A DNA stretch of 64,000 nucleotides from Alphaproteobacteria bacterium (lineage in GTDB: Bacteria > Pseudomonadota > Alphaproteobacteria > SHVV01): the NCBI GenBank assembly GCA_965261735.1, contig OZ253470.1, positions 96,001 to 160,000 on the forward strand, given 5' to 3'. Shown here piece by piece: positions 50,192 to 60,294 of this stretch. Each line of letters begins with the position of its first letter. Position 1 is the first letter of the stretch. Both the position numbers and the translations under genes were made by a program. The notes under the pieces are model-generated. The model searched no databases. It had not been told where the DNA came from and saw only the letters and a list, made by a program, of their open reading frames with translations.

Positions 50192-51568
50192 ATGCCAAGG
50201 ATCGATCGTCGCCACACCTGGCAGGCTCGCGGCCGCGCGCGCATCCTGCTTTTCCTGATCGCCTTCGCGGCCTCGGTGGCTGCCCCGGCCGTCGAGGCCC
50301 AGGCGCGCACTCTATCTTTGATCCGTGATGCCGAAATCGAACATAGCATCCGCGCCCACGTGACGCCACTCCTGGCCGCTGCAGGGGTAGACGCGGATTC
50401 GGTGCGCGTTCATATCGTCCACGATTCGCGACTCAATGCGTTCATCGCGGGCGGCCAAAACATCTTCATATTCACGGGCCTGCTCCTCAAGAGCGAGGAT
50501 CCGGGCGAAATCGCTGGCGTTCTCGCCCACGAGATCGGCCACATCGCCGGCGGCCACCTGGCGCGTACCCAGGATGCGCTGCGCAACGCCAGCGCACAGT
50601 CGATCCTAGCGATGGTGCTCGGCGCCGCCGCCACCATCGGCGGCGCGGGCCAGGCCGGTTCGGCGATCATCAGCGCCGGCACCAGCGCCGCCCAGGGAAG
50701 TTTCCTCCAATACAGCCGCGACCAGGAATCAACGGCAGATCACGCCGCGCTAAGTTACCTGGAGGGCACCGGCCAGTCGGCGCGCGGCCTGCTCACCACG
50801 CTCGAACGGCTCGGCGATCAGGAAGCGCTCCTCAGCAGCAGCCAGGACGTCTACGCGCGAAGCCACCCGCTCTCGGCCGAGCGGGTCGCCACTCTGCGCC
50901 AGCGCGTGGCCCAATCGCGCTATGCCGACGCTCCCACCGACCCCCGGGTCGTGATCGCCCACCGGCGCATGAAGGCCAAGCTCCACGGCTTCCTAGAGCC
51001 CCCACGCCGTACCTTGCGTCGCTTCCCGCCCACGAATACGAGCCTCGACGCGCGCTACGCCCGGGCGGCGGCCTATCATCGGATCCCCGATCTCGACAAG
51101 GCGCTCGCCGAGGTCGACCATCTCGTCGCCGCGTATCCGGAGGATCCCTACTTTCACGAGCTCAAGGGCCAGATTCTCTACGAGAGCGGGCGCGTGGGCG
51201 AAGCCCTGCCCTCGCTCGCGGCGGCGGTGCGGCTAGCGCCCGCCTCACCCCTGCTGAGGATCGCCTTCGCCCAGGCCCAGATAGCGGTCGGCGATTCCAG
51301 CCTCAACGAGCTCGCGATCATGCACCTCAGCGAGGCTGTGAAGATCGAGCCCCGCAACGCAAGCGCTTGGCTGCAGCTCGCCATCGCCTACGGGCGCGCC
51401 GGGGATATGGGGAACTCGGCGCTCGCCAATGCCGAGCACCACCTGCTCATCGGCCACAAGGAGGACGCCCGCCGGCAAGCCGAGCGCGCCGAGAGGCTGT
51501 TGTCGCCGGGCGCGCCCGGCAGGCTCAGGGCCGAGGATATTATCCGGGCCGCAACGCCCAGCAAGTGA
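50192..51568 (+). CDS. M48 metalloprotease with TPR repeats (BepA-like)
   Basis: LIRDAEIE, LNAF, AHEIGH, SHP, C-terminal TPRs. Confidence 0.92.
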   Translation: MPRIDRRHTWQARGRARILLFLIAFAASVAAPAVEAQARTLSLIRDAEIEHSIRAHVTPLLAAAGVDADSVRVHIVHDSRLNAFIAGGQNIFIFTGLLLKSEDPGEIAGVLAHEIGHIAGGHLARTQDALRNASAQSILAMVLGAAATIGGAGQAGSAIISAGTSAAQGSFLQYSRDQESTADHAALSYLEGTGQSARGLLTTLERLGDQEALLSSSQDVYARSHPLSAERVATLRQRVAQSRYADAPTDPRVVIAHRRMKAKLHGFLEPPRRTLRRFPPTNTSLDARYARAAAYHRIPDLDKALAEVDHLVAAYPEDPYFHELKGQILYESGRVGEALPSLAAAVRLAPASPLLRIAFAQAQIAVGDSSLNELAIMHLSEAVKIEPRNASAWLQLAIAYGRAGDMGNSALANAEHHLLIGHKEDARRQAERAERLLSPGAPGRLRAEDIIRAATPSK

Positions 51569-51576
51569 GGCCACCG

Positions 51577-52344
51577 ATGTCCCGATTTCCTAGCTGGTTC
51601 AAAGCCGTGGCCTTTCTTGTGGCGGTGCTGGTCGCGGCGCTCGTTGCCCGCGCCCTGCCGCCCCTCGGCGGCGAGCCGTCGCTTTCGCAAGGCCAACGCA
51701 GCGAGGCCGTCGACGCGATTCGCGACTACCTGCTCGAGCATCCGGAGTTTCTGATCGAGGTCTCGCAGAGGCTCGAAGCGAATCAGAAAAGGCAACAAGC
51801 GGCGAAGCCGAGCGCTGCCGTCGCCGAGTATCGGCAAGCGCTGTACGAGGCCCCGGCCTCGGCGGTCGCCGGCAATCCGGACGGCGACGTCACCATCGTC
51901 GAGTTCTTCGACTACCGATGCCCGTACTGCAAGCGATCCGCACCAACGCTTGCGGCGCTGCTCGACAAGGACCCGGGCGTGCGCGTCATCTACAAGGAGT
52001 TTCCCATCCTCGGACCGGAGTCGGTCTTCGCCTCGCGCGCGGCCATCGCGGCCCGGGCACAAGGCGGCTACGTCGCCTTTCACCTCGCGCTCATGGCAGC
52101 CAAGGGAAACCTCGACGAGCGCGCGGTCATGCGCATCGCGGCCAGCTCCGGCCTCGACCTCGAGCGCCTGCGCCGCGACATGGGCGCCGCCGAGATCGGC
52201 ACGCTGATCGAAAAGAACCGCAAGTTGGCCAGGGCGGTCGGCGTCAACGGTACGCCGGGCTTCGTTATCGGCAACCGCGTGATCGCCGGCTACATCGACC
52301 TCGCCCGGCTCCAGAAAGTCATCGCCGAACTGCGCGCCGAGTAA
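51577..52344 (+). CDS. DsbA-family thioredoxin-fold protein
   Basis: EFFDYRCPYC, GTP cis-Pro loop, N-terminal anchor. Confidence 0.92.
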   Translation: MSRFPSWFKAVAFLVAVLVAALVARALPPLGGEPSLSQGQRSEAVDAIRDYLLEHPEFLIEVSQRLEANQKRQQAAKPSAAVAEYRQALYEAPASAVAGNPDGDVTIVEFFDYRCPYCKRSAPTLAALLDKDPGVRVIYKEFPILGPESVFASRAAIAARAQGGYVAFHLALMAAKGNLDERAVMRIAASSGLDLERLRRDMGAAEIGTLIEKNRKLARAVGVNGTPGFVIGNRVIAGYIDLARLQKVIAELRAE

Positions 52345-52350
52345 TCAACG

Positions 52351-52985
52351 CTACTCGCGGTCGGGCTGGTTCTCAGGCGCCGCGGCGCGGAAGGCGGCGA
52401 GCTCCTGGCACGCCGCGTCGATGCGGACCAGCCTCGGGTAGGCGCCGAGGTCGCTGTCGAAGCGACGCGCTGCGGCACCAGGAAAGCATCGGCGAGGCCC
52501 GGCGTATCGCCGTGGCAGAACGTGCCGGTCTCGGCGCTGTCGGCAACCAGAGCCTCGAGCGCCTGCAGGCCGTTGGCGATCCAGTGGCGGTACCAGCGCA
52601 GCTTGTCGGCCTCGCTGTGGCCGAGATCGCCGGTCAGATAGTTCAGCACCTTGAGGTTGTTGATGGGGTGGATGTCGCAGGCCACGACCTGGGCGAGGCC
52701 GCGCACGCGGGCGCGCGCGGCCGGATCGGCGGGCAGTAGGCTGGGTAGAGGATGGCACTCCTCGAGGTATTCGATGATCGCCTGCGACTGCGTGATCACA
52801 TCGTCGTCGTCGACCAGCGCCGGCACCTGCGCCTGCGGATTGAGCCGAAGATAGCCGGGGTCGAACTGTTCGCCGCCATCGCGCGTCAGGTGGATGAAGA
52901 CCTGCTCGTAGTCGAGGTTCTTGAGGTGAAGGGCGATGCGGACTCGGTAGGCGGCGGAGGAGCGGTAGTAGCCGTAGAGCTTCAT
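52351..52985 (-). pseudogene. maiA: Maleylacetoacetate isomerase (zeta GST), frameshifted near 52470
   Basis: YYRSSAAYRVR, DIHPINN; after FLVPQ the normal tail ARRFDSDLGAYPRL...PENQPD is in another frame. Confidence 0.85.
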
Positions 52986-53011
52986 CGGACGGTCCTCGAA
53001 CGGTGGCCGCG

Positions 53012-54004
53012 TCAGTCCGCGGCCGGCGCGTAGCGCACGACGCGCTGGTCGATCGCGCCGCAGATCGAACGGCCCTCGGCGTCGACCATATCGATGCGCA
53101 CGCGGTCGCCGAACTTGAGGAACGGGGTGATGGGCGCACCCGACTCCAGAGTCTCGAGCGTCCGCCGCTCGGCCAGGCAGGACGAGCCGCGCGAGCGGTC
53201 GCGGTTCGACACCGTGCCCGAGCCGATGATGGTGCCGGCGCCGAGCGCGCGCGTCTTGGCCGCGTGGGCGATCAGCGCCGGGAAGTCGAAGGCCATATCG
53301 GCGCCGGCATCGGGACGCCCAAAGTGAGTCCCATTGAGATCGGTGCGCAGCGGCAGGCTCACCTTGGCGTCGTCCCAGGCCGGCCCGAATTCGTCCGGCG
53401 TCACCGCAGTCGGCGAAAAGGCGCTGGCCGGCTTGCTGTGCACGAAGCCGAAGCCCTTACCGAGCTCCGCCGGTATGAGGTTGCGCAGGCTTACGTCGTT
53501 GACGAGCACGATGAGCCGGATCGCGGCGGCGGCCCTCTCCCGACCGGCCCCCATCGGCACATCGCCGCAAATCACGGCGACTTCGGCCTCGAAATCGATA
53601 CCCCAGTCCTCGGATGCCGCGAGAACATCCTCGCGCGGCCCGAGGAAGCCGTCCGAGGCACCCTGATACATCAGGGGATCGGTCCGTAGTTGCTCGGGTA
53701 GCTCGGCGCCGCGGGCGCGGCGTACCAGCTCGACGTGATTGAGGTAGGCGCTGCCGTCGAGCCACTGGTAGGCGCGCGGCAAGGGCGCGGCAAGCGCAGC
53801 CGTATCTAACGCGAAGCTCTCCTGCGCACTCCCTCGCTCGAGCGATTCGGCGACCGCCGCGAGGCGGCCGGCGGCGCCCTGCCAATCGTCGAGGCACGCC
53901 TGCATCGTCGGCGCGATTTCCGGCACCGCGACGGCACGCGAGAGATCGCGGCTCACCACTACCAGACGCCCGTCGCGCCCCGCTTTCAGCGATGCGAGCT
54001 TCAC
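53012..54004 (-). CDS. fahA: Fumarylacetoacetate hydrolase-family protein
   Basis: KLASLK..RDGRL, DFEAE, NDVSLR, GSGTVSN; homogentisate cluster. Confidence 0.9.
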   Translation of the reverse strand: MKLASLKAGRDGRLVVVSRDLSRAVAVPEIAPTMQACLDDWQGAAGRLAAVAESLERGSAQESFALDTAALAAPLPRAYQWLDGSAYLNHVELVRRARGAELPEQLRTDPLMYQGASDGFLGPREDVLAASEDWGIDFEAEVAVICGDVPMGAGRERAAAAIRLIVLVNDVSLRNLIPAELGKGFGFVHSKPASAFSPTAVTPDEFGPAWDDAKVSLPLRTDLNGTHFGRPDAGADMAFDFPALIAHAAKTRALGAGTIIGSGTVSNRDRSRGSSCLAERRTLETLESGAPITPFLKFGDRVRIDMVDAEGRSICGAIDQRVVRYAPAAD

Positions 54005-54006
54005 CC

Positions 54007-55146
54007 CTACTCCGCCGTGCCTTCCCGCCACGACTCCGCGTAGTCCGGGCGCTCCACCGCGATCGCCCGCGGCGACACGTCGAGCGCATCGCGGCTGTCC
54101 ATCATCACTGCGACCTCGTCAGTCTCCGTCTTGGCCTGCGCCGCCGCGGTCCCCGCCGCCAGCGCCTTGGGATGCGGCCCGTGCGGTACCCCGCTCGGGT
54201 GCAGGGTGAGCATGCCGGGGTGGATATCGTCGCGGCTGAAGAAGCTGCCGCGATGATAGAAGATGACCTCGTCGTAGTCGTCGTTGGAGTGGAAGAACGG
54301 CACCCGCAGGGCGCCGGGATCGCTCTCCAGCGGCCGCGGCACGAAGGTGCAGATGACAAACCGGCCGGCCGCGAACGTGGTGTGTACGGACGGCGGAATG
54401 TGGTAGCGGTGGCTCATCACCGGACGGATGTCGCGCCAATTGAGCCGCACCGGCAGGAGCGTGCCCTTCCATCCCACCGCATCGAGGGGGTTGAACGGAT
54501 AGGTTGCCGTGCTCAGCGCGCCGCGCCGCTTCACGACGACACGCCAGGCGGCCTCGGACTGTTGCGCGTGGAACGCATCGTCGATCGCCGGCACATCGAG
54601 CACCGCCGCATCGAAGATCGCGTGTTCGCCCACCGGCCCTTTGTCGGGTAGCCGATAGGAATCGTTGGTCGCCTCGATAAGAAGCGCGGTCACCGCCGCG
54701 CCCGGCTCGAGCCGCCACATCGTGCCGCGCGGCAGGACAACGTAATCCCCCTCGCCGAGGGACAGGTGGCCGAAGTCGCAGAACAGCTCGCCCGACCCCT
54801 CGTGCAGGAAGATCAGTTCATCGCCGTCCGCGTTGCGCACCAGGTGGTCCATGGCCGCCGAGGTGCGCCACAGGCGATACTGCAAGTGCGAATTCGCGAA
54901 CAGGGGGATTGCATCGAAGGGCGAAGCAGCCTGCTCGTTGAGCTGCGCGGTATCGAACGCGCGCGGGCGCAGCGGCCCCTCCCAAGAGGTCCAACCCGTC
55001 GGCGGATGCGCATGATAGATGTGGGTCGCGGGCCCGTAGAAGCCCTCGCGGCCGACCTCACGCTCGAAGGTGCCCTCGGGCAGGTCGGCGTGGGCCTGCC
55101 GGGACGCGGTGCCGGCGAGGCGGGGAAAGGCGATCCAGCGGCGCAC
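54007..55146 (-). CDS. hmgA: Homogentisate 1,2-dioxygenase
   Basis: RNADGDE, PPSVHTTF, PFFHSNDDYDE, HGPHP. Confidence 0.92.
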   Translation of the reverse strand: MRRWIAFPRLAGTASRQAHADLPEGTFEREVGREGFYGPATHIYHAHPPTGWTSWEGPLRPRAFDTAQLNEQAASPFDAIPLFANSHLQYRLWRTSAAMDHLVRNADGDELIFLHEGSGELFCDFGHLSLGEGDYVVLPRGTMWRLEPGAAVTALLIEATNDSYRLPDKGPVGEHAIFDAAVLDVPAIDDAFHAQQSEAAWRVVVKRRGALSTATYPFNPLDAVGWKGTLLPVRLNWRDIRPVMSHRYHIPPSVHTTFAAGRFVICTFVPRPLESDPGALRVPFFHSNDDYDEVIFYHRGSFFSRDDIHPGMLTLHPSGVPHGPHPKALAAGTAAAQAKTETDEVAVMMDSRDALDVSPRAIAVERPDYAESWREGTAE

Positions 55147-55154
55147 GGCTCGGC

Positions 55155-56213
55155 TCAGGAGGCCTTGATAACGCCGCGCGCGATCTGGTCGCGCTCGATC
55201 GATTCGAACAACGCCTTGAAGTTGCCCTCCCCGAATCCCTCGTTACCCTTGCGCTGGATGAGCTCGAAAAAGATCGGCCCGATCACCGTCTCGGTGAAGA
55301 TCTGCAGCAGCAACCCGCCGCCCTCGGTCGGGGCACCGTCAATGAGGATGCCATGCTCGCGAAGCTCGGCGACGTAGTGGCCGTGCCCGGGCAGGCGTTC
55401 GTCGATCGCGTCGTAGTAGGTGCCGGGCACCTCGAGAAAACGCAACCCCCGGCGCCGCAGCTCGGCGACGGTGGCGATGATGTCCTCGGTGGCGAGCGCG
55501 ATGTGCTGAATGCCCTCACCCTTGTAGAGGCGTAGGTATTCCTCGATTTGCGACTGGCTGTCGGTGGATTCGTTGATGGGGATGCGTATTTTGCCGCACG
55601 GGCTGGTCATGGCGCGGCTGATCAGGCCGGTGAGCTGTCCCTCGATGTCGAAGTAGCGGATTTCGCGGAAGTAGAAGAGGCGCTCGTAAAAGCCGGCCCA
55701 GGTGTCGAGATTGCCGCGGTAGACGTTGTGGGTGATGTGGTCGATCGTGGTCAGCCCGACGGCCGCGCTCGCATCATCCTCGGTGGCCACGAAATCGACG
55801 TCGTAGATGGTGCGCTCGCCGTAGCGGTCGACGAGATAGATGAGGCTGCCGCCGATCCCCTCGATGGCCGGAATATTGAGCTCCATCGGACCGGGGCGTC
55901 CCTCGTGCGCGGTCGCGCCGTTCTCGACGAGTTTGGCGTGGGCGGCGGCCGCGTCCGCGACCCGGAAGGTCATGGCGCACACGCCGGGACCGTGCGCCGC
56001 GGCGAAGCCGTGGGCGAAGCTGTCGGGCTCGGCATTGACGATGAAGTTAACCTCACCCTGGCGGTACAGGGTCACGTCCTTCGAGCGGTGGCGCGCGGCG
56101 ACGTGGAAGCCGAGCTGCGCGAACAGGCTGGCGAGCTGCGCCGGGTCGGGCGCCGCGTACTCCACGAACTCGAACCCGTCGGTGCCGAGCGGGTTATCGA
56201 ATAGATCTGGCAT
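55155..56213 (-). CDS. hppD: 4-hydroxyphenylpyruvate dioxygenase
   Basis: NPLGTDGFEFVE, IDHITHN, GIQHIAL, FFELIQRKG.EGFGEGNF. Confidence 0.96.
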   Translation of the reverse strand: MPDLFDNPLGTDGFEFVEYAAPDPAQLASLFAQLGFHVAARHRSKDVTLYRQGEVNFIVNAEPDSFAHGFAAAHGPGVCAMTFRVADAAAAHAKLVENGATAHEGRPGPMELNIPAIEGIGGSLIYLVDRYGERTIYDVDFVATEDDASAAVGLTTIDHITHNVYRGNLDTWAGFYERLFYFREIRYFDIEGQLTGLISRAMTSPCGKIRIPINESTDSQSQIEEYLRLYKGEGIQHIALATEDIIATVAELRRRGLRFLEVPGTYYDAIDERLPGHGHYVAELREHGILIDGAPTEGGGLLLQIFTETVIGPIFFELIQRKGNEGFGEGNFKALFESIERDQIARGVIKAS

Positions 56214-56338
56214 GGCCTGCGCCTCGTCGTTATCTGGACCACCGGCGCGGGTGGACAGGCCCCCTGTCGGGCGTCCCGCGCGATGCTCCCGCGCCACACG
56301 GGTTAGATTTGCCCTGCCCCGCCGTCGGTCAATAGCGG

Positions 56339-57343
56339 CTAGATCAATCCCGCTAACGGCGAGGAGGGATCGGCGTAGGTTTTCTTCGCCATGCGGCCCG
56401 CGAGGTAGGCCAGGCGGCCGGCCTCGACCGCATGTCTCATCGCGCGCGCCATGAGCACCGGTTCCTTGGCCTCGGCGATGGCGGTGTTCATCAACACGCC
56501 GTCGCATCCGAGCTCCATGGCGATGGTCGCGTCGGACGCGGTGCCGACGCCTGCGTCGACGATCACGGGCACGCCCGCCTGCTCGATGATGATCCGGATG
56601 TTGACCGGATTCTGCACGCCGAGCCCCGAGCCGATGGGCGCCGCCAACGGCATGATGGCGCAACACCCGACCTTCTCCAGCCGCTTGGCCATGATCGGGT
56701 CGTCGCTGCAATAGACCATCACCTCGAAGCCGTCCTCGATTAGCAGCTCGGCCGCCCGCAGCGTCTCTATTATGTTGGGGTAGAGCGTCTTTTCGTCGCC
56801 CAGCACCTCGAGCTTGACGAGGTTCCAGCCGCCGGCCTCGCGCGCCAGCCGCAGCGTGCGCACCGCGTCGTCGCCGGTGTAGCACCCGGCCGTGTTCGGC
56901 AGGTAGGTGTAGGTCCTGGGGTCGAGATAGTCGACCAGCATCGGCTCGCCGGGGTTGCTGATGTTGACGCGGCGAACGGCGACCGTGACCATCTCGGCGC
57001 CCGAAGCCACGACGGCGTCGCGGTTGAGCTCGAAGCTCTCGTATTTACCGGTGCCGACGATGAGGCGCGAGCGAAACTGCCGCCCGGCCACAGTGAGTGG
57101 GGTGTCGCCTGGCGCGCCCGCGTCCGCGACATCCGGCGCCGCGCTGCCGCCGCCAATGAAATGGACGATTTCGAGCTTGTCGCCCGGACCGAGCACGGTG
57201 TTGGCGTAGATCGATCGCGGCACGATCTCAAGGTTGCGCTCCAGCGCTACCTTGCGGGCATCGATACCGAGCTCCCCGAGCAGGTCGAGAATGGTTGACG
57301 CTTCGGCGACCTCGCGCGGCTCGCCGTTGATCTCTACGCGCAT
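56339..57343 (-). CDS. thiG: ThiS-ThiG fusion (sulfur carrier plus thiazole synthase)
   Basis: ThiS domain ending EIVHFIGGG, linker, Thi[26 protein letters not shown]. Confidence 0.95.
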   Translation of the reverse strand: MRVEINGEPREVAEASTILDLLGELGIDARKVALERNLEIVPRSIYANTVLGPGDKLEIVHFIGGGSAAPDVADAGAPGDTPLTVAGRQFRSRLIVGTGKYESFELNRDAVVASGAEMVTVAVRRVNISNPGEPMLVDYLDPRTYTYLPNTAGCYTGDDAVRTLRLAREAGGWNLVKLEVLGDEKTLYPNIIETLRAAELLIEDGFEVMVYCSDDPIMAKRLEKVGCCAIMPLAAPIGSGLGVQNPVNIRIIIEQAGVPVIVDAGVGTASDATIAMELGCDGVLMNTAIAEAKEPVLMARAMRHAVEAGRLAYLAGRMAKKTYADPSSPLAGLI

Positions 57344-57500
57344 GAATCGTTCTCGGAGTGGCAACCGGCCGCCTGCGGCGCGCGTCCGCGACCGCCCGCG
57401 GACACAGCAAGTATGGGGCCGAACGTGGCCGCTTTCAACCGGCGGCCCTCATGCTATAAGGCGGGGACGGCGGCACAACCCCGAACGCGGCGCCACGGCC

Positions 57501-57953
57501 ATGACTTCTGAGGTGCTGGTCCTCAACGGGCCCAATCTAAACCTTCTCGGCACGCGCGAGCCCGACATCTACGGCCGCGAAACGCTCGCCGACATCCGCG
57601 CCCGCACCGAAGCCCGGGCGCAGGCGCTCGGGCTCACGGTCGACTTCCGCCAGAGCAATCACGAGGGCGAGCTCGTCGACTGGATCCAGGGGTCCCAAGG
57701 CTCGGCCGCCGGGATCATCATCAACGCCGCCGCCTACGCCCATACCTCGGTCGCCATCATGGACGCGCTGAGGGCGGTGGCCCTGCCCGTCGTGGAGGTG
57801 CACCTCAGCAACACCTTCGCACGCGAGCACTTTCGCCACCGCTCACATGTCAGCAGGGTCGCCAAGGGTATTATCTGCGGCTTCGGCGGCCGCGGCTATG
57901 AGCTGGCGATCGAAGCGCTGGCCGCTGAGCTCGAGGGATCGGAGGCCGACTAG
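57501..57953 (+). CDS. aroQ: Type II 3-dehydroquinate dehydratase
   Basis: [30 protein letters not shown]. Confidence 0.97.
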   Translation: MTSEVLVLNGPNLNLLGTREPDIYGRETLADIRARTEARAQALGLTVDFRQSNHEGELVDWIQGSQGSAAGIIINAAAYAHTSVAIMDALRAVALPVVEVHLSNTFAREHFRHRSHVSRVAKGIICGFGGRGYELAIEALAAELEGSEAD

Positions 57954-58102
57954 TACCGCGGCGTCCGTATTTTCTCCGCGTGGAAAAGTCATTTCGTTTA
58001 CAACCACTTGGTTATGCTTTCTCATAATGTAGATCGGCATTCACGAGAGCCTGCAGGCCGGTGGGTGGGCGCCGTTCCTCGCGCCTATGCGGTCCGCCCC
58101 CG

Positions 58103-58753
58103 ATGAGCGGGATCACGCCTGAGCTGCTGCTCCGTGCCTACGCAAGAGGCCTCTTCCCGATGGCCGAAGACCGCCATGAAAGGGGCGTGTTCTGGGTCGA
58201 CCCCGAGCTCCGCGGAGTTCTGCCGCTGGACGGCTTTCACGTCCCGCGCCGGCTGGCGCGCGCGGTCCGGCGCGATCCTTTCGAAGTCCGCGCCGATACC
58301 GCATTCGACAAGGTCATCAGAGCGTGTGCGGGGCCCGCGCCGGCGCGGTGGTCGAGCTGGATCAACGACGACATCATCGCGCTCTATGGCGCGCTCCACC
58401 GGATGGGGTTCGCCCACAGTGTCGAATGCTGGCGAGAGGGGCGGCTCGCCGGCGGTTTATACGGCGTCGCCCTCGGCGCGGGCTTTTTCGGCGAGAGCAT
58501 GTTCAGCGCCGAGACGGACGCCAGCAAGATCGCTCTCGTGCACCTCGTCGCCCGGCTCAGGCATGGCGGCTACGTTCTACTCGACACCCAGTTCGTGACC
58601 CGACACCTCGCGTCCTTCGGTGCCATCGAGGTACCGCGCCACGACTACCGCGAGCTGCTCGACCGTGCGCTCGAATCATCGGGCGACTTCGATGCCTTGC
58701 CTCAGGGGCTGTCCGGGGGCGCCATCCTGCAATCGATGACCCAGACGTCATAG
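58103..58753 (+). CDS. aat: Leucyl/phenylalanyl-tRNA--protein transferase
   Basis: [34 protein letters not shown]. Confidence 0.95.
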   Translation: MSGITPELLLRAYARGLFPMAEDRHERGVFWVDPELRGVLPLDGFHVPRRLARAVRRDPFEVRADTAFDKVIRACAGPAPARWSSWINDDIIALYGALHRMGFAHSVECWREGRLAGGLYGVALGAGFFGESMFSAETDASKIALVHLVARLRHGGYVLLDTQFVTRHLASFGAIEVPRHDYRELLDRALESSGDFDALPQGLSGGAILQSMTQTS

Positions 58754-59115
58754 ACCGGATGTTCGAGCGCGCTCAGCGCCGGGCTTGAAGCGAACATCCA
58801 GCCGCTAAAGAGGCGCGCCGGCGCTTGACCGGCCTTGAGGTCGCGAATCTCGAGGAAGGCCGCCGACTCCGGCGGCTCCTCGGGAGGCCGTCGACGGCAG
58901 GTGCGGGCTGTGATCTCCAGCGTGCCAAAACGAACGGCAACGTCGAGCGGCGCTTCGATCGGGGAGACGCGCGCCGTTACCTTGTCGAGTCCCTGAAGGA
59001 CGGCCGCGCTGCCCGTTTGATCGGCTGCGGCCGGCACTGCCACCAGCGCCGCGATGGCGGCGCTATGCGCCGCCCGCGGGAGCATTCGCCCGCGGCGTTG
59101 GCTCGGCCGTGCCAC
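58702..59115 (-). CDS. DUF2155 exported protein
   Basis: [37 protein letters not shown]. Confidence 0.9.
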   Translation of the reverse strand: MARPSQRRGRMLPRAAHSAAIAALVAVPAAADQTGSAAVLQGLDKVTARVSPIEAPLDVAVRFGTLEITARTCRRRPPEEPPESAAFLEIRDLKAGQAPARLFSGWMFASSPALSALEHPVYDVWVIDCRMAPPDSP

Positions 59116-59116
59116 G

Positions 59117-59575
59117 CTATTCTTTGTCGCCGCTTTGGGCCTGACCGTAAATCAACTGACCGATCAGAGCCTCGAAGCTAACGGGCGACTGAGTGAAGCG
59201 AATGAGCCCGCCATCCTTCAGCATTTCCTCTTCGCCGCCAGGCACCAGCGCCATGTATTTGTTACCAAGGAGGCCGCTGTTGATGATTTCCGCAGATGAA
59301 TCCGTGGGCATTTGAAGCGCCGGATCGATACTCATGCGCACGACCGCGAGATAGGTCTCGGGCTCGAGGGCGTGGTCGACCACGGTGCCCACCTTGATGC
59401 CCGCAAGGCGAACGTCGCTGCCCACCGTGAGACCGTCCACCCGGTCGAACTTTGCGACCAGCTCGTAGCCGACGACCGCACCGACATCGGTGCTGGTGTA
59501 GACGAAGACCAGGAATGCGCCACCCACGACGAGCACGATAGCGCCCATCAATGTCTCGAGGAGTTTTCCGCCCAT
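59117..59575 (-). CDS. mlaD: MCE-domain lipid asymmetry protein MlaD
   Basis: ETLMG, GLTVGSDVRLAGIKVG, GLLGNKY, TQS. Confidence 0.92.
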   Translation of the reverse strand: MGGKLLETLMGAIVLVVGGAFLVFVYTSTDVGAVVGYELVAKFDRVDGLTVGSDVRLAGIKVGTVVDHALEPETYLAVVRMSIDPALQMPTDSSAEIINSGLLGNKYMALVPGGEEEMLKDGGLIRFTQSPVSFEALIGQLIYGQAQSGDKE

Positions 59576-59647
59576 GGCTCTCCCTCAGCCCGATCGAGAG
59601 GTCGTCAGTTCGTTCGCCGGGTCGCCCGACGTGGTGCTGCGGCCACC

Positions 59648-60028
59648 CTATGGCCGCCATGGTTCGTAGTCGCCGCCCGTGGGCGCGCGTGGGCCGCCGA
59701 GCGATATGTGCCCTGGTGGCCGGTACGCCGCCGGCGTCCCGGTCGGGTTCGGCACGTGTTCCCTTTCCCACTCCCGCGGAGCCGGGGCCTCACCGGTGGG
59801 CGGCTCGTTGGTCGTATGGTGCAGCCAGGCGTTCCATCGCGGCGGCACCTTAGACGCCTCGATCTCGCCCTCATAAAGCACCCAACGGCGAGAACCGCCC
59901 TTCTCCTCGAAGTAACGGTTGCCGAACTGGTCGGCGCCGACGAGGCGCCCCTTGCGCCACGTGAGCCATTGCGTTCCCAGCGTTTCGCCCTGCCACCAAG
60001 TCACCATTCGGCCCAGCCACGCCAGCAT
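59648..60028 (-). CDS. NADH:ubiquinone oxidoreductase subunit NDUFA12 homologue
   Basis: VGADQFGNRY, RRWVLY, VPPRWNAWLH, PNPTGT, DYEPW. Confidence 0.93.
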   Translation of the reverse strand: MLAWLGRMVTWWQGETLGTQWLTWRKGRLVGADQFGNRYFEEKGGSRRWVLYEGEIEASKVPPRWNAWLHHTTNEPPTGEAPAPREWEREHVPNPTGTPAAYRPPGHISLGGPRAPTGGDYEPWRP

Positions 60029-60173
60029 GCGTTGACCCTTTGCCCCAACCTCGACACCTCTGGTCGGCGACTATATGGCACTTGCCGCCAACCCCGTCCA
60101 GTGGCCAGCGCCTGGGGGCCCTCCGGGGTGGCGCGGAGGACGATGCAATTATGGAGTTGAAACGGGTGTAGGA

Positions 60174-60220
60174 ATTCACTATCTTGCGCGCGCGCTAGTC
60201 CTACCTACTACATCTGGTGC
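60174..60220. promoter_or_regulatory. Tandem NrdR-like boxes upstream of the hypothetical gene
   Basis: Cores CACTATCTTG (60177) and CTACATCTGG (60208), 31 bp apart, resembling acaCwAtATaTwGtgt. Confidence 0.6.
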
Positions 60221-60294
60221 GAGCGGTGGGGGGGAACACGAGCTCGAGGGTTTTGCGACAAGGGCAGGCGGCGAACACCCCTCGGGGAATTGCC

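Noticed and set aside
57949-58058. SpeI, SacII and SbfI sites bracketing the AT-rich patch, suggesting an engineered scar
   Set aside because: No vector, FRT or lox sequence is recognisable, and GC-rich sites arise by chance.
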